Below are positions 62,101 to 64,000 of a stretch of 64,000 nt of DNA, in pieces. Within the stretch, counting starts at the first letter, position 1, and the number at the start of each line of letters is the position of its first letter. The notes beneath the pieces were generated by a model, which saw only the letters and a list, made by a program, of their open reading frames with translations, had not been told where the DNA came from and did no database searches. Source of the stretch: Azolla caroliniana (Eukaryota; Plantae; Polypodiophyta); NCBI GenBank assembly GCA_043228905.1, contig JBHGNT010000001.1, forward strand, positions 15,686,001 to 15,750,000, given 5' to 3'. Both the position numbers and the translations under genes were made by a program.

Positions 62101-64000
62101 CTTCTTCCCCAAATTCTGATTTCTCCCCGGAAAGTGTTAGGTGCACATCTTCTAACTTTCGAAGCACTTTCTCGCAATCGCGAATATGGTCGACTACGAA
62201 CTGTCGGCATCCCCGATCATCCATAGTCTCATCTTTTTCTTCCACCGTGCATCCTTTTATCGGAATGTCATCTAGGAACGACATCATTATCTCCTGAATG
62301 CAGTCCCAGAGCACCTTGTTCATTGCATTCATCATATGTGCGACCGAGTTTGTTGCGCCTTGTGGTAGTGTGCACATACGGACTAATCCTATCGGTGTCC
62401 GCATGGTAGTGATGTCTCGGCTCTCCATGGCTAGTTGGAATTGGTCATATCTGGAGTATAGGTCCCCGATGGAGTATATCGCGCGACCGGCAAAGGCTTC
62501 CGCAAATTCGTCCACTATCGGACCGACTCCGGAGTTCCGGATCGTGACCTTGTTCACCGGTTGCAAATCTTGAATAAATCGGAGTGACCCATTCTTCTTC
62601 AGAACTGTAAACCATCGATTTGAGTACGAAGCATTTGATGGCTCTAGAATCCCCATCGCCACCTTCTCCTTGAGCAAGTCGATGACTTTCGGAATATGCG
62701 CCCGTGGCACCGAAATCGGCTTCAAGTTCCACTGCACATGGTCAATCGTGAAGATCACCATCGGCTCCACTATCTTCGGATCAACGCACCCTATCTCCCT
62801 TGATGTGAATGCGAACGCTTTGCCATGTTGCTCCAACATCTCAAAAACCATTCTTCTTCTTTTTGTAAGAGGAAACCACCTCCACCGATACGAAGTTTCT
62901 TCCGGGTCTCATTCGTGAAGCCATGTCCGATATCCACGGACTTCCTAAGTGTCGAATCTCCCGAGACTTCTTTCCTCTTTTGTTCGCTATCGGCGAGTAG
63001 TGCTCCCGCGTCTGGTTTCACCTTCTTCTCCACGGTCTTGTATTTCGTACTTACCATTGCTTCTTCTTTGCGGAGCGCATCCGGCCCCATTTTCATAATG
63101 ATCTTGTACATCTCGACCGATTCCACCGGGACTACCCGGTCTCCCTGTCTTGTATCTTTCGCGAGCTCTTCAAGCCGTTGTAGCGTGCTCCCATAGAACA
63201 CTTCTTTGACTATTCCCACGATTTCTTCATCTTCTTTTATTATTGATGCCGACCGTACCTTATCCACCACTTTTCGGTATTCTTTCTTCATTCCTCCGGT
63301 TATGGCTGTGTACGTAGATGCCCCATCCGAACCAATTCGTACTTGTTTTGCTCCGAGAGTTTTCTTCCTGTGTGGGGTATCAGGGCTTCTCAGACTATCA
63401 CTTCCGCCCTCCACAACAGTCCACTCTAAAAATCCATCTTTGTTTGGGACAAGAGCTCTCTCTTGTTCCTTTCATGATTTGTCGGCACCGTTAGGAATTG
63501 GACGGATTTCCCTCCGTTTTGGCTCCGAATTCGTGCAAAAGCCGCACCGCTATCGAGCACCTTCGTCTCCATCCGTGATGTCGTGATAAAGGGTTGCCCG
63601 AGGATCACGGAGTGTGAGACCTCGTCTTGTACGAAGAAATTTTGGTCGATCTCGACATCCCCGATCTTCACCGTCACATCCGAACAAGCCGCAAATAGAT
63701 CTTCCGTTGCTTTAGTGGCTGCCCGGATCTTCCATCCATGGTTAGTGTTTATAGGCCACTTCCCCTTCCGGTAGAACTCCTTGGACATCAAATTGATCTC
63801 CAATCCGTGATCAATCAATGCTAGCACGGGCTCTTTGATGTTGCCAATTCGGACCGGAGTCTCCGTAGTTGTACGTGCCCAGTGGGGCCTTGTGTAGTGG
63901 GAGTTCGGTATTTCGTCCTCCACTTCGGTGTCATTCATTAAAACGGTATTTGCAATAACTCTTGGAGCATTTTCCTCCGTACTTTGTCTTTTTCTCTTCA
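59134..64000 (-). mobile_element. fungal-type Ty3/gypsy (PR, RT, RNase H, INT, PPT, 3' LTR 59134-59863); 5' part lies beyond the window
   Basis: ALIDHGLEINLM..ILGQPF; LRFIQDLQPVNKVT; FLDDI; VDTSPIGIG; NGKNERGH; WFGPY; PPT GGAGGGGGCGAG at 59864-59875. Confidence 0.95.

Overview
This is gene-free eukaryotic DNA made almost entirely of nested, mostly decayed retrotransposons. The mix of lineages suggests a non-seed land plant (inference). I found no host gene, rRNA, intact tRNA or CRISPR array. Contents: (1) at least five Ty1/copia copies, one near-complete at 23655-29287 with 388-bp LTRs and a GTTCG target-site duplication (TSD); (2) two RTE-X-like LINEs set head-to-tail inside (CT)n/(TATC)n microsatellites; (3) a fungal-type Ty3/gypsy lineage with a 4-bp TSD and a likely -1 frameshift between protease and RT; (4) a self-priming Tcn1/Tf1-like fragment; (5) a non-chromovirus Ty3/gypsy group carrying a large extra 3' ORF. 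The main finding concerns group 5. Four elements with different LTRs (motifs at 14003, 21764, 39958, 45816) have no polypurine tract (PPT) before the 3' LTR. In its place sits a sense-strand copy of a tRNA-Arg-like 3' end, GTCCCAC(A/G)GG(C/T)GTG-CCA, exactly 2 nt from the LTR and preceded by a covarying hairpin. This suggests plus-strand synthesis primed by a second tRNA or a tRNA mimic. All coordinates and alignments were read by eye, and tRNA identities come from memory and need a database check.
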